Origin: Chrysemys picta bellii
Taxonomy: Eukaryota
Direction: 5' to 3'
DNA length: 64,000 bases
Assembly: GCF_011386835.1 (NCBI RefSeq)
Contig: NC_088797.1
Span: 102,424,001 to 102,488,000 of the forward strand
Shown: positions 62,441-64,000 of the stretch, in pieces
Position numbering within the stretch: position 1 is the stretch's first letter
How the letters are laid out: each line of letters starts with the position of its first letter
Translations under genes and position numbers: made by a program
The notes under the pieces: generated by a model
The model's database searches: none
The model's input: the letters and a program-made list of their open reading frames with translations, nothing else
What the model was told of the DNA's origin: nothing

Positions 62441-64000
62441 CTACGTACTATTCTTAGCAGCGTAGTGTTCCACTGCTTCCCTGTAGCAGGACCGTTTCCC
62501 ACCTGCCTCTTCCCACCCACGGAGCCTTTCCTCGCTGGAGTGAAAGGCTCTGTCAATGTGGAGCTGCCAAAGCCTTTCCCCATTGCCTCTCCGCTGCTGG
62601 AGCCTTTCACCGCCACAAGTAGCTACACACCTCATTGTGCGTGGACACAGCCTGCCTTTCTCTGCGGTGTGTAGCTACACAGACCCTATACACGACTGCA
62701 AGTGTAGGAGAGGGTAGATGAGATCTTAAATGGCTTGTGTGGATGTTGGTGCCCTGACTCCCTCTCATGTGCCATCTTAAGCCTGCATCGCACTACCCCT
62801 GGAAGAGCTACCATTTGATGGGATCTTGTTGAGCTCTGTGAGATCAACTGTGGTCTGTGGGGACAGTTCTGAAAAGGATTCTACAGTTTAGGCAGCTAGC
62901 TAGATTGGAATCACCCACCAATGAATGAATGAACTCTGTATAAAACTGTGTGTGTCTAGCTAAGAGTCTCATCAGATAACTGCTGGAGTTGATCGGCAAA
63001 CTCCCATTGACTTCACTGGGTCTGGATCAAGTCCTAAGAAAACAAGTGATATCCTGGCAGTTTTTAAGGGACATAGAGTTTGGACAAACAAAATCTGTTA
63101 GTGTGTTGAGTCTATTTGGTAGGTAAAATATATTTGGTTATTTTTACTTGATTCACCCGTGAATCTATATATAGTGCATATGTAGTAAAATCTGAAAATC
63201 CCACTCAACCTCCCAACAGCAGCATTTCCAGGAACAGTGCCTGCATGGCAGCTACTGCTAACAAGATGAACAAAAGTCTCATGGTACTCACCAACTTCTA
63301 TCAGGAACCCACTCTCAATCCTCTTGTATCCTTTGAACTATTACAAGACAAATATTTGTCATGTCTGTAACATGATGAAAAAAATCTCATCAGAATTGTT
63401 AAGTGAAAGAAATGAGCCAGATGGCATGAGTGTGTCAGTATTTATACTCACTGAACTGGGAAGAGAGAGATAGACAGACTCTTTCTCCAGCACTCAGCTG
63501 TGGAAGAGAATGAACTTTATTCATATATCCTCCAATTTCTGTTGCACTGAGATATGCCTGTTGTAGGTGAGAGTGAATGTGAAATAAAACGCACAGCTGT
63601 TTGTCACTGTTGATTTACCTGCAGGAGATGACAATGCCATTTGCTTTTTCTTAATTATCCAATTAAGGTGAGTTTTACGGAGAACTATTGGAAAGAACAG
63701 TACAATTACAAAATGAATTTTTTACCATTGGGCTTTTGATCTTCTCTTTTTTACAATCTGTTTAAATCTTACTGCAATAACACTTTTGCCATTTCTAATT
63801 TTTCTATTGGCTTCAGACAAACAAACGTTTGCTTTCCCATTTGGCAGGTTTTTATTTTTTAACAAAAGGTTGGTTTGCTCATCAGGAGGGTTTTTGCCCA
63901 GGTAGCCCGAACTCTAATTTTAAATCAAGTCACATAAGTGTCATTAGGTGACTGAATCTTCCTCTTGCTTTCAGAGATCTAACAGGCAGTGTTTAAATTA

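Overview
Vertebrate, CpG-depleted, repeat-dense DNA. The repeat landscape (Neptune-type Penelope element, CR1, PIF/Harbinger and hAT MITEs, MIR-like SINEs) points to a turtle or related reptile; this taxon call is inferred from my recollection of these families, not from a search. I recognise no host protein-coding gene, so the window looks intergenic or intronic, and most short ORFs in the track are chance or shadow ORFs. The main element is a young Penelope-like retroelement (19979-23447) with an open 700-aa RT + GIY-YIG frame. Its two 499-bp pseudo-LTRs differ at one base, and each carries a minimal type I hammerhead ribozyme fold with a loopless palindromic stem III. Cleavage at both would release an exact 2970-nt unit RNA containing the whole ORF. 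A third hammerhead with a canonical core sits in a fold-back mini-Penelope at 33038-33253. Also present are a decayed two-gene Harbinger transposon with a nested MITE, a hAT element built from two inverted 3' ends, a 5'-truncated CR1, several solo LTRs, and three copies of a hAT MITE family with shared ends and unrelated GC-rich interiors. Hammerheads in Penelope elements are already known; what is specific here is the locus-level architecture. All alignments and folds were done by eye.
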